From Candidatus Micrarchaeota archaeon (GTDB lineage Archaea > Micrarchaeota > Micrarchaeia > CAILAH01): 41,563 nt of DNA. Both the position numbers and the translations under genes were made by a program. The DNA is taken from NCBI GenBank assembly GCA_026413685.1, contig JAOAKK010000002.1, forward strand, positions 1-41,563, read 5' to 3'. This document shows positions 25,495 to 34,286 of the stretch, piece by piece (the first letter of the stretch is position 1; every line of letters starts with the position of its first letter). The notes under the pieces are model-generated. The model did not search any database. It saw only the letters and a program-made list of their open reading frames with translations, and was not told the origin of the DNA.

Positions 25495-26790
25495 TTACGG
25501 CTTGTATCTCTCAATTGTCCTGGGGAAAGGTATCGCATCCTTTATCGTGTCAAGGCCGCATATCCACCTGACAACGCGCTCAACACCAAGCCCGAACCCG
25601 CCGTGGGGCACACTCCCATACCTTCTCGTGTCAAGGTAAAACTCATACTGGGACGGGTCTTCACCCTGCTCAACCAGCCTTTCCTTGATTTTTGAAATGT
25701 CGTGCTCCCTCTGCGACCCACCAATAATCTCACCGTACCCTTCAGGTGCCAGGAAATCACATCCAAGCACAACATCCTTATTTTGAGGGTCTTCCATCAT
25801 GTAGAATGCCTTTACTTTCTTCGGGTATCTTGTGCATATGATAGGCACATCATAAAGTGTTGAGAGCTTTTCCTCCTCGATTGTCCTCAAGTCCTTGCCC
25901 CATTCAATTTCCATCCCGCACTTATCCTTAAGTATCCTGAGCGCATCCGTGTAAGTCATTCTCACGAACGGCTTATTAACAGCGGGCTCAAGCTTTGAAG
26001 CATCCCTGCCGAGCACTTTCAGCTCTGCACTGTTTTTCTCGAGCACTCTCCTTAAGATGTGCTTTATGCAGCTCTCACCGTAATTCTGGATGCTCTCAAA
26101 ATCTGCCCACGCAACTTCCATCTCAGCGTGCCAGTACTCAGTCAGGTGCCTGCTCGTCTTGCTGCGCTCTGCACGGAACGATGGTGCAATCGTGTATATC
26201 TTCTCAAGCGCAAATATTGCAGGCTCTGCATAAAGCTGCCACGTCTGTGCAAGGAACACATCCTTCCTCCCGAAATAATCAACCTGGAATAGCTCACTCC
26301 CGCCTTCACATTGCACGGCCTGGAATATAGGCGACTGGTACTCGTAGAACCCCTCGCTCCTGAAATACTCGTGTATCGCGCCGAATACCGTGCTCCTTAT
26401 TTTTAATATGGCAGTCATCTTAGTGCTCCTGAGCCAGAGATGCCTGTTATCTGCAAGGAATTCAATCGATTGGTCTTTTGTGATAGGGAAATTCTCGCTC
26501 TTCCCAACTATTGTATATTCCTTTACCTTCACCTCATACCCTGTTGGTGCCCTGCTGTCTTTCCGTGCAGTCCCTTTAATGATCATTGACGTCTCGACCT
26601 GCAGGTGGTCGATTTCATCCCATTTCTCCTCAAAATCATCCCTACTGAATACGCACTGAACGTGGCCACTTGAGTCACGGAGCACAATGAACTTGAGCCT
26701 GTTGCTCCCGCGCTCACGGTGGACCCAACCCCTGATTTCAACATCCTTCCCTTCCATATCACTGCTCAGGACGTCTGCTATCTGCATCAT
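25495..26790 (-). CDS. asnS: Asparaginyl-tRNA synthetase
   Basis: The N-terminal OB domain matches AsnRS rather than AspRS. Other motifs: FRAERSKTSRHLTEYWHAEMEVAW, APEGYGEIIGGSQREHD, YGSVPHGGFGLGVERVV, and the C-terminus PFPRTIERYKP. Confidence 0.88.
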   Translation of the reverse strand: MMQIADVLSSDMEGKDVEIRGWVHRERGSNRLKFIVLRDSSGHVQCVFSRDDFEEKWDEIDHLQVETSMIIKGTARKDSRAPTGYEVKVKEYTIVGKSENFPITKDQSIEFLADNRHLWLRSTKMTAILKIRSTVFGAIHEYFRSEGFYEYQSPIFQAVQCEGGSELFQVDYFGRKDVFLAQTWQLYAEPAIFALEKIYTIAPSFRAERSKTSRHLTEYWHAEMEVAWADFESIQNYGESCIKHILRRVLEKNSAELKVLGRDASKLEPAVNKPFVRMTYTDALRILKDKCGMEIEWGKDLRTIEEEKLSTLYDVPIICTRYPKKVKAFYMMEDPQNKDVVLGCDFLAPEGYGEIIGGSQREHDISKIKERLVEQGEDPSQYEFYLDTRRYGSVPHGGFGLGVERVVRWICGLDTIKDAIPFPRTIERYKP

Positions 26791-26842
26791 GAGTGAGATT
26801 ATGCCTATGAGATTTAAAAACTATTAACGCCTAATCTGCCTT

Positions 26843-28138
26843 ATGAGGAGCCATTACGTTTCAGATGCGGCCCGGCTCAGCGACGGTACTGAAGTAACGC
26901 TGGGTGGCTGGCTGCACGAGGTCCGTGACATAAAGAAAATCGTGTTTGCAGTGCTAAGGGACAGGAGCGGCTCAATACAGATAACTGCGAAGAGGGGCGA
27001 AGTCCCGGATAATGTTGTTGATGCGCTTATCCAGCCAAAGGAGACAGTTGTCCTTGTAACCGGGAAGGTCGTGCACGGCAAAGGCGCAAAGGCAGGTGTC
27101 GAGATAATCCCCTCCAGGGTTGAGGTTGTTGGAAAGGTATACGGCAAGGTGCCGTTTGACATTGCCGACAAGGATAAGATTCCAGAGCTGGATGTGCGGC
27201 TCGATAACAGGCACGTTGACTTGCGCAGGCCTGCTGTGCAGGCAATATTCAGGGTGCGCGCAACAGTCCAGCAGGCGTTCCGTGAATACCTGCTCAGCCA
27301 GGGGTTTGATGAGATTGTCCCCACATCAATCGTTGGTGCGGCGACTGAAGGCGGTGCTGAGCTGTTCCCCATTGTATATTTTGACAGGGAAGCGTTCCTT
27401 GCGCAGTCGCCGCAGCTTTACAAGCAGATGGCAGTCATTGGCGGGATGGATAAGGTGTTTATGCAATGCCTCGTTTACCGTGCAGAGCCACACTCCACCA
27501 CGACACACCTGAACGAGGTATACCAGATGGATATCGAGATGGGGTTTGCTGATGACAACACAGTGATGGATGTTGAGGAGGAAGTGCTCAAGCATATCCT
27601 CAGGTCAGTGCTCGAGAAGAGGAAAGAGGAGCTTAGCCTGCTTGGTGCGGGTGTTAGCGTCCCCCAGAAAATCCCGCGGTTTACTTACACACAGCTCGTT
27701 GACAAGCTGCGCGCAAACGGCGAGAAAATTGAATGGGGCGATGACTTCAGCAGGGCGCACGAGAAGATGATAGGCGAGCTTGTCGGCAGCGAGGCATATT
27801 TCATAACCAAATGGCCCACCAGGCTTCGTGCATTCTACTCTATGCCGTCAAAAGATAACGTGGAGGTTTGCAATGCGTTTGACCTCATCTACCGCGGGCT
27901 TGAGATATCGTCGGGTGCACAGCGCATTCACGACCCTGACCTGCTCGTGCAGCAGATAAGAGGGAGAGGCCTCAACCCTGACAATTTTGAGTTTTACATA
28001 CGCGCGTTCAGGGCAGGCGCACCGCCACACGCAGGCTGGAGCATAGGCGCTGAAAGGCTCACAATGAAGATATGCAGCCTTGACAACATCAGGGAAGCAA
28101 CACTGTTCCCGCGTGACATGTCCAGGATATTCCCCTGA
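26843..28138 (+). CDS. aspS: Aspartyl-tRNA synthetase, archaeal type
   Basis: YRAEPHSTTTHLNEVYQMDIEMGF, EISSGAQRIHD, GAPPHAGWSIGAERLTM, and the C-terminus LFPRDMSRIFP. Confidence 0.88.
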   Translation: MRSHYVSDAARLSDGTEVTLGGWLHEVRDIKKIVFAVLRDRSGSIQITAKRGEVPDNVVDALIQPKETVVLVTGKVVHGKGAKAGVEIIPSRVEVVGKVYGKVPFDIADKDKIPELDVRLDNRHVDLRRPAVQAIFRVRATVQQAFREYLLSQGFDEIVPTSIVGAATEGGAELFPIVYFDREAFLAQSPQLYKQMAVIGGMDKVFMQCLVYRAEPHSTTTHLNEVYQMDIEMGFADDNTVMDVEEEVLKHILRSVLEKRKEELSLLGAGVSVPQKIPRFTYTQLVDKLRANGEKIEWGDDFSRAHEKMIGELVGSEAYFITKWPTRLRAFYSMPSKDNVEVCNAFDLIYRGLEISSGAQRIHDPDLLVQQIRGRGLNPDNFEFYIRAFRAGAPPHAGWSIGAERLTMKICSLDNIREATLFPRDMSRIFP

Positions 28139-28188
28139 CGCACCGCTTTTTTATTAACCTTTTTATAGTTTGCCACTAATCCATACTC

Positions 28189-28929
28189 ATGACAGGGATT
28201 AAGCTTGTGTTGCTTGATAAGAAGCCAAAGTACAGCGGTTACACGCTGGTTGAAGGGTTCCCGGGCTATGGCCTTGTTGGGACGATTGCGGTCAATTTCC
28301 TGGTTGAGAAATTCAAGATGGAGCTTGTTGGGTATGCTGAATCGCAGCTTTTCCCACCCATTGTTGCAATACACGATACAGTCCCCTTGCCGCCTCTCAG
28401 GATTTACAAGTCTGACAAGCACAAGCTGCTGCTTGTGATGTCTGAGTTTGTGATGTCGATGAAGGCAGTGCATGCAATGGCAGATGTGCTTTATAGCTGG
28501 TGTGAGAAGAATAACGTGCGCAGGATAGTCTCACTTGGCGGCATCTCAATCTCGGGCAAGCAGGATGAGGTTTTCGGGATAACTTCAGACCCAAAGGAAA
28601 TCAAGATGTTTGACAAGTATGGAGTCCTCCCAATAAAGGAAGGTGCTACGACCGGCATAAACGCGCTTCTGTTGCAGAAAGCTGCAATGGGTGGCAAGGT
28701 GCCTGTAGTATCTTTCCTTGCAGAAGCAAAGCCAGATTATGTTGACCCGCTCGGTGCTGCGATGGTGCTCACCTCACTATCTGATTATCTTGGGATACAG
28801 ATTGATACGACCGAGCTTGTCAAGGAAGCCATGCTCATTGAATCAAAACTAAGGAAAAACCTTGAGGCCGTAAAGAAAGCCGAGACCACATTCAAGGAAA
28901 CATTCTCTGCAGGAGGCATGTATGCATAG
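28189..28929 (+). CDS. PAC2-family proteasome assembly chaperone (PbaA/PbaB-like)
   Basis: LVEGFPGYGLVGTIAVNFLVEKFKMELVGY...FPPIVAIHD, with an overall length of about 245 aa and a helical C-terminus. Confidence 0.7.
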   Translation: MTGIKLVLLDKKPKYSGYTLVEGFPGYGLVGTIAVNFLVEKFKMELVGYAESQLFPPIVAIHDTVPLPPLRIYKSDKHKLLLVMSEFVMSMKAVHAMADVLYSWCEKNNVRRIVSLGGISISGKQDEVFGITSDPKEIKMFDKYGVLPIKEGATTGINALLLQKAAMGGKVPVVSFLAEAKPDYVDPLGAAMVLTSLSDYLGIQIDTTELVKEAMLIESKLRKNLEAVKKAETTFKETFSAGGMYA

Positions 28930-28982
28930 CTTCTGTTTTTGTTTTAATAATTTGTTTTTTTAATAGGATAAGCTGCACCTAT

Positions 28983-29158
28983 GCAGGGGTGGCGGAGCCA
29001 GGTCAAACGCGCCGGATTTAGGGCGCTGCGGAGAGGGAAGCCCCCCTCTCCCGTGTGGTCTGCCCAACTCCCACTTTGATGTGAGAGTGAGCAAGCCCTA
29101 TATGTGTAAAAAGTCCGGTCCCCTAGCGGGTTCGCCAGTTCAAATCTGGCCCCCTGCA
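28983..29158 (+). tRNA. tRNA-Leu (UAG) with a 90-nt intron at 37/38 (29023-29112)
   Basis: Acceptor GCAGGGG/CCCCTGC, discriminator A. Class II D arm GCG-GAGCCAGGTCAAA-CGC. Anticodon stem CCGGA/TCCGG with loop TT-TAG-G. Long variable arm TCCCCTAGCGGGTTC. T arm GCCAG-TTCAAAT-CTGGC. The BHB is canonical: TTTA (29017-20) pairs with TAAA (29107-10), flanked by the 3-nt bulges GGG and AAG. Confidence 0.88.
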
Positions 29159-29206
29159 CTTATCCGTGCAGTATGCATATCAGCTAAGTGGTGGGCAGCT
29201 GGTTGT

Positions 29207-30013
29207 ATGGGTCTTGATGATTGGAGCGCAAAAGAGAAAGTATTGCTGTTTGCAGGCATCCCGCTAGTGTTATGCCTGGCTTACCTATTGCCTGAAGGCC
29301 TAAAAGAGGCATATTTCATACTGGATACGCACTCACCATCCGTGCCAAGCCTATTCCTTTCAAACTATACACACTCAGCACTGCCGCACCTTGCAGTGAA
29401 TATCCTGTTTTATCTTATAACAGTTTTCCTGATACTTAAACTTGAGGCTGGCAAGCCGCGCTTTTACACAACGCTGGTATTCCTCCTTGTTGTTGCGCCT
29501 TTTCTTATCTCTATCTTTACGGTTATGTTTTTTCCAGCCCGGTATGTCCAGGGGTTTTCAGGGATTGTTGCGGGGCTGATGGGGTATTTTGTGTATGTGG
29601 TGTACAGGCACGTTAAGGAAACGTGGAAGCTAAGTGCAGATATCAGTTTTGTATGCCTGCTGTTTTGTGTAAATGCGCTAGTTGCACTTTTGGGCTATCA
29701 TGTGCACGAATATATAATCCTAACTTTGTTAATTGTGCTTGCTGCCCTTGCATACCTGAACCGGGGCGTGCTCAGCGGCATTGCACATATCCTCCTGCAA
29801 AAGTATGCGGGTTGCAGGGCAACAACTTGCTCATTTATACTCGAGTATCTCACATTTGTTTTTGCACTAATATTGCTGTTCTCACTGCCCGCGCTAATCC
29901 AGCTCACTGCCTCTGACGCCGGCATATCAAACGTGATAGGGCATTATGCAGGCTACACTGCCGGATTTTTATTCCCACTCATTCTTTTTGAAAGGGAACG
30001 GCAGGGTAATTAG
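29207..30013 (+). CDS. Rhomboid-family intramembrane serine protease
   Basis: HSALPHLAVN (Hx4Hx3N), GFSGIVAGLMG (GxSG catalytic Ser) and a late TM segment GHYAGYTAGF (catalytic His). The ORF-track start at 29081 overlaps the tRNA. The first ATG clear of it is at 29207. Confidence 0.6.
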   Translation: MGLDDWSAKEKVLLFAGIPLVLCLAYLLPEGLKEAYFILDTHSPSVPSLFLSNYTHSALPHLAVNILFYLITVFLILKLEAGKPRFYTTLVFLLVVAPFLISIFTVMFFPARYVQGFSGIVAGLMGYFVYVVYRHVKETWKLSADISFVCLLFCVNALVALLGYHVHEYIILTLLIVLAALAYLNRGVLSGIAHILLQKYAGCRATTCSFILEYLTFVFALILLFSLPALIQLTASDAGISNVIGHYAGYTAGFLFPLILFERERQGN

Positions 30014-30227
30014 CGTGTGGGTGTGCATCCAAGCCACCAGGCAGCAGCTATGGCCACGTGCATTCACTCCACACCATTCCCGTCTAGAAGCTATCAGCCC
30101 AGGACAATGGGCGGTTCGCATTTATGCAGGCGAGCCTCATCGCCGCTTAATTAAAATAGGATATGCTTAAAAAAATACTCTCAAAGAAGGGGAAGTGCTT
30201 TTTATTTGTTTGTAGGTAATCACACCT

Positions 30228-30584
30228 ATGCAAAATCTGCTTCTGCCAATAATATTGCTTGGGATACTGCTTGCAGGGTGCTGTGGCCTGTCATCCAAGG
30301 AATCAGCATCCTGCCCATACGGCACTTATGGCGAAACGTGCACGAAGGTGTGCAACGCTGTTGGCGGTGATAACTGCTTTTCACAGTGCATTGACAGGGT
30401 CCGTATGGAGGGGCTGGGTGATGCCACAACGTGCTGCAAGGAGACGTTTATATCAAACTGCAGAAACATGTGCAAGCAATCAGCCCAATACGAGGAGGAC
30501 CTCCAGGAATGCTATGTTGAGTGCTCCGCAGTGATCGCCTCGGCAGGGCTTCCAGAGGATATATGCAACCTGCCGTTCCTTTAG
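30228..30584 (+). CDS. Small cysteine-rich predicted lipoprotein (four CX3C pairs)
   Basis: Signal peptide with a lipobox-like LLAGC. There are 14 Cys in 118 aa, including CTKVC, CFSQC, CRNMC and CYVEC. I recognise no family. Confidence 0.55.
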   Translation: MQNLLLPIILLGILLAGCCGLSSKESASCPYGTYGETCTKVCNAVGGDNCFSQCIDRVRMEGLGDATTCCKETFISNCRNMCKQSAQYEEDLQECYVECSAVIASAGLPEDICNLPFL

Positions 30585-30597
30585 CACTTGATGCTGT

Positions 30598-31557
30598 CTA
30601 GATAGGCTTGCTGAGATGCAGGTATGCTGTTATGGCCAGGAAGAATGCATACATCAGCAAGAGTGCAATGCCCCATTTCCTGCTTATTCCCTTGTTTATT
30701 GTAGCGTTGTACATCAGGAATATGTTTGCTATTATTGCAAAAAGCAGCGCCGCAATGAATACGGGCAGTATGACATCGATAGGGTTGATTGCAGCTGCAG
30801 CTCCCAGGACCAAAGTCAGGTTTGTCATGTTTGCACCGATTATGTCACCCAGTGCAATCCCGTAATGCTTTTTTCTTATCGCCTGCAGGCTCACTGAAAA
30901 CTCGGGCAGCGATGTCCCAAATGCGATTATGGTTGCGCCTATGATGCTTTCAGCAATGTTAAGCTCACGTGATATGCCAACCGCAGATTCAACAACAAAC
31001 CCTGAGCTTACAAGGACGAGGATTAGCCCGCCCATAAAATACAGGAACGCATAGAACGCATCGCGCTTAGTAATCCCCTTCCCATCCATCCTGAGCTTGC
31101 GCTTCGTTATCATGTATATGATATAGCCGCAAAACAGCATGATGAGTATTACCCCCTCCAAAAACCCAAGCGCATGGCCGCTCACAAGGCTGTTGAAGAT
31201 GACATAGCTTGATACTGTGGTTGTTAGCACAAGTATAATCCCAATATCCTTGATATCCTCCTTATGTATTTTCAAGCCGTAGAGTGCAGCGCCCGTGCCG
31301 AGTATCACAAGTATGTTCGCTATATTCGAGCCGAACACGTTGCCTGCCGAGATGGCGCCCTGCCCAAACGTCGATGAGATTACTGAGACGGAGAGCTCGG
31401 GCAATGTGGTGCATATCGAAATGAACAGGAAGCCTATTGCCAGCTGCCCAATCCCAAAAAAGTTTGACAATGTCACGGCATTCTCAACCACAACGCTTGC
31501 AGCTTTTGCCAGGATTGCGATTGATACGATAAGCGTGATTATCTCTATGAGGACCAT
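30598..31557 (-). CDS. Ca2+/Na+ antiporter, CaCA family (YrbG/MaX1-like)
   Basis: Two alpha-repeat motifs (CTTLPELSVS..GNVFGSNI and GTSLPEFSVS..GDIIGANM) in a protein with about 10 TM segments. Confidence 0.85.
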   Translation of the reverse strand: MVLIEIITLIVSIAILAKAASVVVENAVTLSNFFGIGQLAIGFLFISICTTLPELSVSVISSTFGQGAISAGNVFGSNIANILVILGTGAALYGLKIHKEDIKDIGIILVLTTTVSSYVIFNSLVSGHALGFLEGVILIMLFCGYIIYMITKRKLRMDGKGITKRDAFYAFLYFMGGLILVLVSSGFVVESAVGISRELNIAESIIGATIIAFGTSLPEFSVSLQAIRKKHYGIALGDIIGANMTNLTLVLGAAAAINPIDVILPVFIAALLFAIIANIFLMYNATINKGISRKWGIALLLMYAFFLAITAYLHLSKPI

Positions 31558-31591
31558 CGACTACACTTTACGCATAACAACTTTTAAAGGA

Positions 31592-34231
31592 TTAGTCGGC
31601 CATGACACTGGTCGGCTCACCAGCCACCTTGTTCCTGCTGAATACGTATAACCGCCCGCTTGCGCCTTCCTTGAGGTTTTCATCGTGGGTTATCACGAAC
31701 ACTTGCTCTATTATAGATGGCAGCCTCTCACGCAGTATTTCACTTAGTGCCCTTACACCGTTCTCATCAAGGTTATGCGTTGGCTCATCAAGCACGAGCA
31801 GGCTCATATTGGGTGCAAGGACAATCGATAATGCAACACGGAGCGCAAGTGCAGCGGATGCGCGTTCACCACCACTCACATTTCCCTCCACAGCCACCCA
31901 TTCGTTGTTTCTCTTTACTTTCAGCAGGTAATCTGACTCGGTTGCCTCAATCACCACCTGCTTCAGGTCACCGTATGGGTACATCACCGCCCATACCTTG
32001 TCAAGCACAGAGTTTATCGAATTGACAAGCTCGTTCCTTAGAAGCACCTGCGTCTCGATTATGGACTGCTGGAACTCTTTTGCCTGGGCGAGCGCATTGC
32101 GCAGCCCATCAAGCTCTTTCTCCTTGCCCTCAATCTCTGCAATCTGCTTTGCTGCAATGTCAAGCCTCTTCACCGCAAGGTCGGCTGCAGCTGCGGTGTG
32201 CGCAATGCCCATCTCAATCTCCTTCTTCTTCACGAGCAGCCCGTTATATGCGGTGCTCGCGCTTGCAAGCTCACCATCATCATACCCAAGCCTTGCAATG
32301 CTGCTTTTAACCTCCTCAAGCATTGCACGCTTGCTTTGGATTTCATCTTGCAGCCCCAAATCCCTGCTTATTTCCTCGGCAACTCCTTTGGCCTTCACAA
32401 GTGATTTTTCAGCCTCGGCCAGCAGCCCGCGCATTTTCGCAAGCGACTCAGACTCGCGCTTGTAATCCTCCTTGAGCCGGCTAACCTCATTATCATCTGC
32501 CCTGTGCTGCGCCAGGAACGATTCAGCATCAGCTATCTTTTGCCTGAGCAATTCGGCCTCCTCAGCCTTGCGTGCATTTTCAAGCACCACCGCAATCTCA
32601 TTTTTCAGTGAGCTTATCCTCGCCGCAGTCCCAGCAGCCTGCTTTTCAAGTGCGGATGCCTTTGCAGATTTCTCGCGAAGCTCGCCCTCCTTCTGCTCAA
32701 GCCTTTCCAGGATCATTGCAAGCTCTGCCTTCCTCTTCAAGCCTGCATCCATCACATGTATATCCTTCCTAATCTTATCAAGGCGCGCCTCCGTCTCAGC
32801 AAGCTCCTTGCGCGAATTCTCCACAATCTCGCGTTTCTTTGCAATCAGCGTTTCCTTCTTTTTCTTATCGAGTGGGCTGTCGCACAGTGGGCACAGGCCA
32901 CCCTCCTCCTTTTCAAGCGCAGCAACAGAGTCCAGCGTTATCTTAATCATCTCCTTGAGCGAGGCAACCCACTCAATAGTGCTCGCCTCGGTATGCCTCA
33001 AGTCATCAAGCGCGCGCTGGTGCACGCTCCCGAGCATCTCGGCATCCTTCCGTATGCGCACAGCATCAGCAATCTCACCTTCAAGCCGCTGCGTATCCTT
33101 CCTCAACAATGCAATCTCAGCAGTGAGTGAGCTGTGGCTTTTTTCCAAGCTAACGAGTTGTGCGCTAAGCATATCCGCATCACGGCGCATTGATTTAGGG
33201 TCGCCACACTCACCAAGCCCTGCGAGCCGCTTCTTAAGCCCCTCAAGCTCACGCATCTTTTCGCTTGCCAGCCTGGCGCTTGCCTCAAGCTCGCCAATCA
33301 TCCTGCCGCACACTGCAACCTTACCCTCTTTTGCCGCAATGTCAGCACGCAGGCGTGCAGCCTGCTCTTCAAGGCCCGCAACATCCTTCTCTAGCCGTAC
33401 CCCATCTTCCTTTGTATATCCCTTAACCCTTCCCGCAACACTACTTATGAATGCATCGCACTCAACCTGCCTGCGAACAAGTGCCTCGTGCTCCTTCCTC
33501 TTGTTCTCAAGCATCTCTTTCCTCTTTCTCATCTCATCCTCACTTGCAGTTACGGCCCTAAGCTCGCTTGTGAGCGCATCCTTTTTCTCAGTTATCCCCT
33601 TGAGCAGCGCTTCGGCCTCCTCTTTTTCTTTTGTTATTGCTGCCTTGTCATACGTGCGGATTTTCTTCTCGAGCCCATCAATCTCGCCACTGAGCCTGTT
33701 GATGAGCTTGGTTGCGTTTGCGCGTGCAAGCTCAAACCTGTCAATCCCGATAAGCGCATCCATCTGCTTCTTCCTGTCACCAGGGTTCAGCGAAAGGAAA
33801 TAATCGAGTGCGTTCTGCTCAGAGTAAATGGCTTTTGTAAACATGTCATAATCCACGCCAAGTATGTGCTCAACCATCCTCGTTACAGCCTCGCTCTTTG
33901 CCTCAACCATCCTCTGCCCTTCCCTGAGCTCGGCATCTCCTTTCCCATCCTCAATAACCCTCCTTACAGTATACTCCTTCCCATCTTTCTGGAAAACGAC
34001 CTCAACCTTGCACGCGCTGCCCTTTGCACTCTCACTTACAATCTGGCTAAGCTTGACACGCTTGCGTGCAAGTGCAGGAAACGTCCCGTATAGCGCAAAG
34101 CAGATCCCCTCGAGTACAGAGCTCTTCCCGGAGCCCATAATCCCAACGAGCATATTCGTGCCTTTTGAAAATTCGAGCACCGTATCCTTATGGGATCTCC
34201 AATTCTGAAGCCTTACGCTCTTAATCAGCAT
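31592..34231 (-). CDS. rad50: Rad50 DNA double-strand-break repair ATPase
   Basis: Walker A GIMGSGKSS, long Glu/Lys/Ala-rich coiled coils, a central zinc hook GGLCPLCDSPL (CxxC), the signature VSGGERA and Walker B LLVLDEPT. At 879 aa with no hinge domain, it is Rad50 rather than SMC. Confidence 0.85.
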   Translation of the reverse strand: MLIKSVRLQNWRSHKDTVLEFSKGTNMLVGIMGSGKSSVLEGICFALYGTFPALARKRVKLSQIVSESAKGSACKVEVVFQKDGKEYTVRRVIEDGKGDAELREGQRMVEAKSEAVTRMVEHILGVDYDMFTKAIYSEQNALDYFLSLNPGDRKKQMDALIGIDRFELARANATKLINRLSGEIDGLEKKIRTYDKAAITKEKEEAEALLKGITEKKDALTSELRAVTASEDEMRKRKEMLENKRKEHEALVRRQVECDAFISSVAGRVKGYTKEDGVRLEKDVAGLEEQAARLRADIAAKEGKVAVCGRMIGELEASARLASEKMRELEGLKKRLAGLGECGDPKSMRRDADMLSAQLVSLEKSHSSLTAEIALLRKDTQRLEGEIADAVRIRKDAEMLGSVHQRALDDLRHTEASTIEWVASLKEMIKITLDSVAALEKEEGGLCPLCDSPLDKKKKETLIAKKREIVENSRKELAETEARLDKIRKDIHVMDAGLKRKAELAMILERLEQKEGELREKSAKASALEKQAAGTAARISSLKNEIAVVLENARKAEEAELLRQKIADAESFLAQHRADDNEVSRLKEDYKRESESLAKMRGLLAEAEKSLVKAKGVAEEISRDLGLQDEIQSKRAMLEEVKSSIARLGYDDGELASASTAYNGLLVKKKEIEMGIAHTAAAADLAVKRLDIAAKQIAEIEGKEKELDGLRNALAQAKEFQQSIIETQVLLRNELVNSINSVLDKVWAVMYPYGDLKQVVIEATESDYLLKVKRNNEWVAVEGNVSGGERASAALALRVALSIVLAPNMSLLVLDEPTHNLDENGVRALSEILRERLPSIIEQVFVITHDENLKEGASGRLYVFSRNKVAGEPTSVMAD

Positions 34232-34286
34232 CAGCTAAATTAGCCAGCAGGAATTTTTATTTTTGATTGGTGCCCACCTGCCGCTG

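Noticed and set aside
32472-33803. A 443-aa Ser-rich + strand ORF.
   Set aside because: It is antisense to the Rad50 coiled-coil region. Its Ser/Ala/Phe-rich low-complexity sequence is the expected mirror of Glu/Lys/Ala-rich codons. No independent signals support it.
31592-34231. Whether the 879-aa coiled-coil ATPase is the SMC partner of the nearby ScpA and ScpB.
   Set aside because: It has a central CxxC zinc hook and is about 300 aa shorter than SMC, with no hinge domain. Rad50 is the better call, and SMC is presumably encoded elsewhere.
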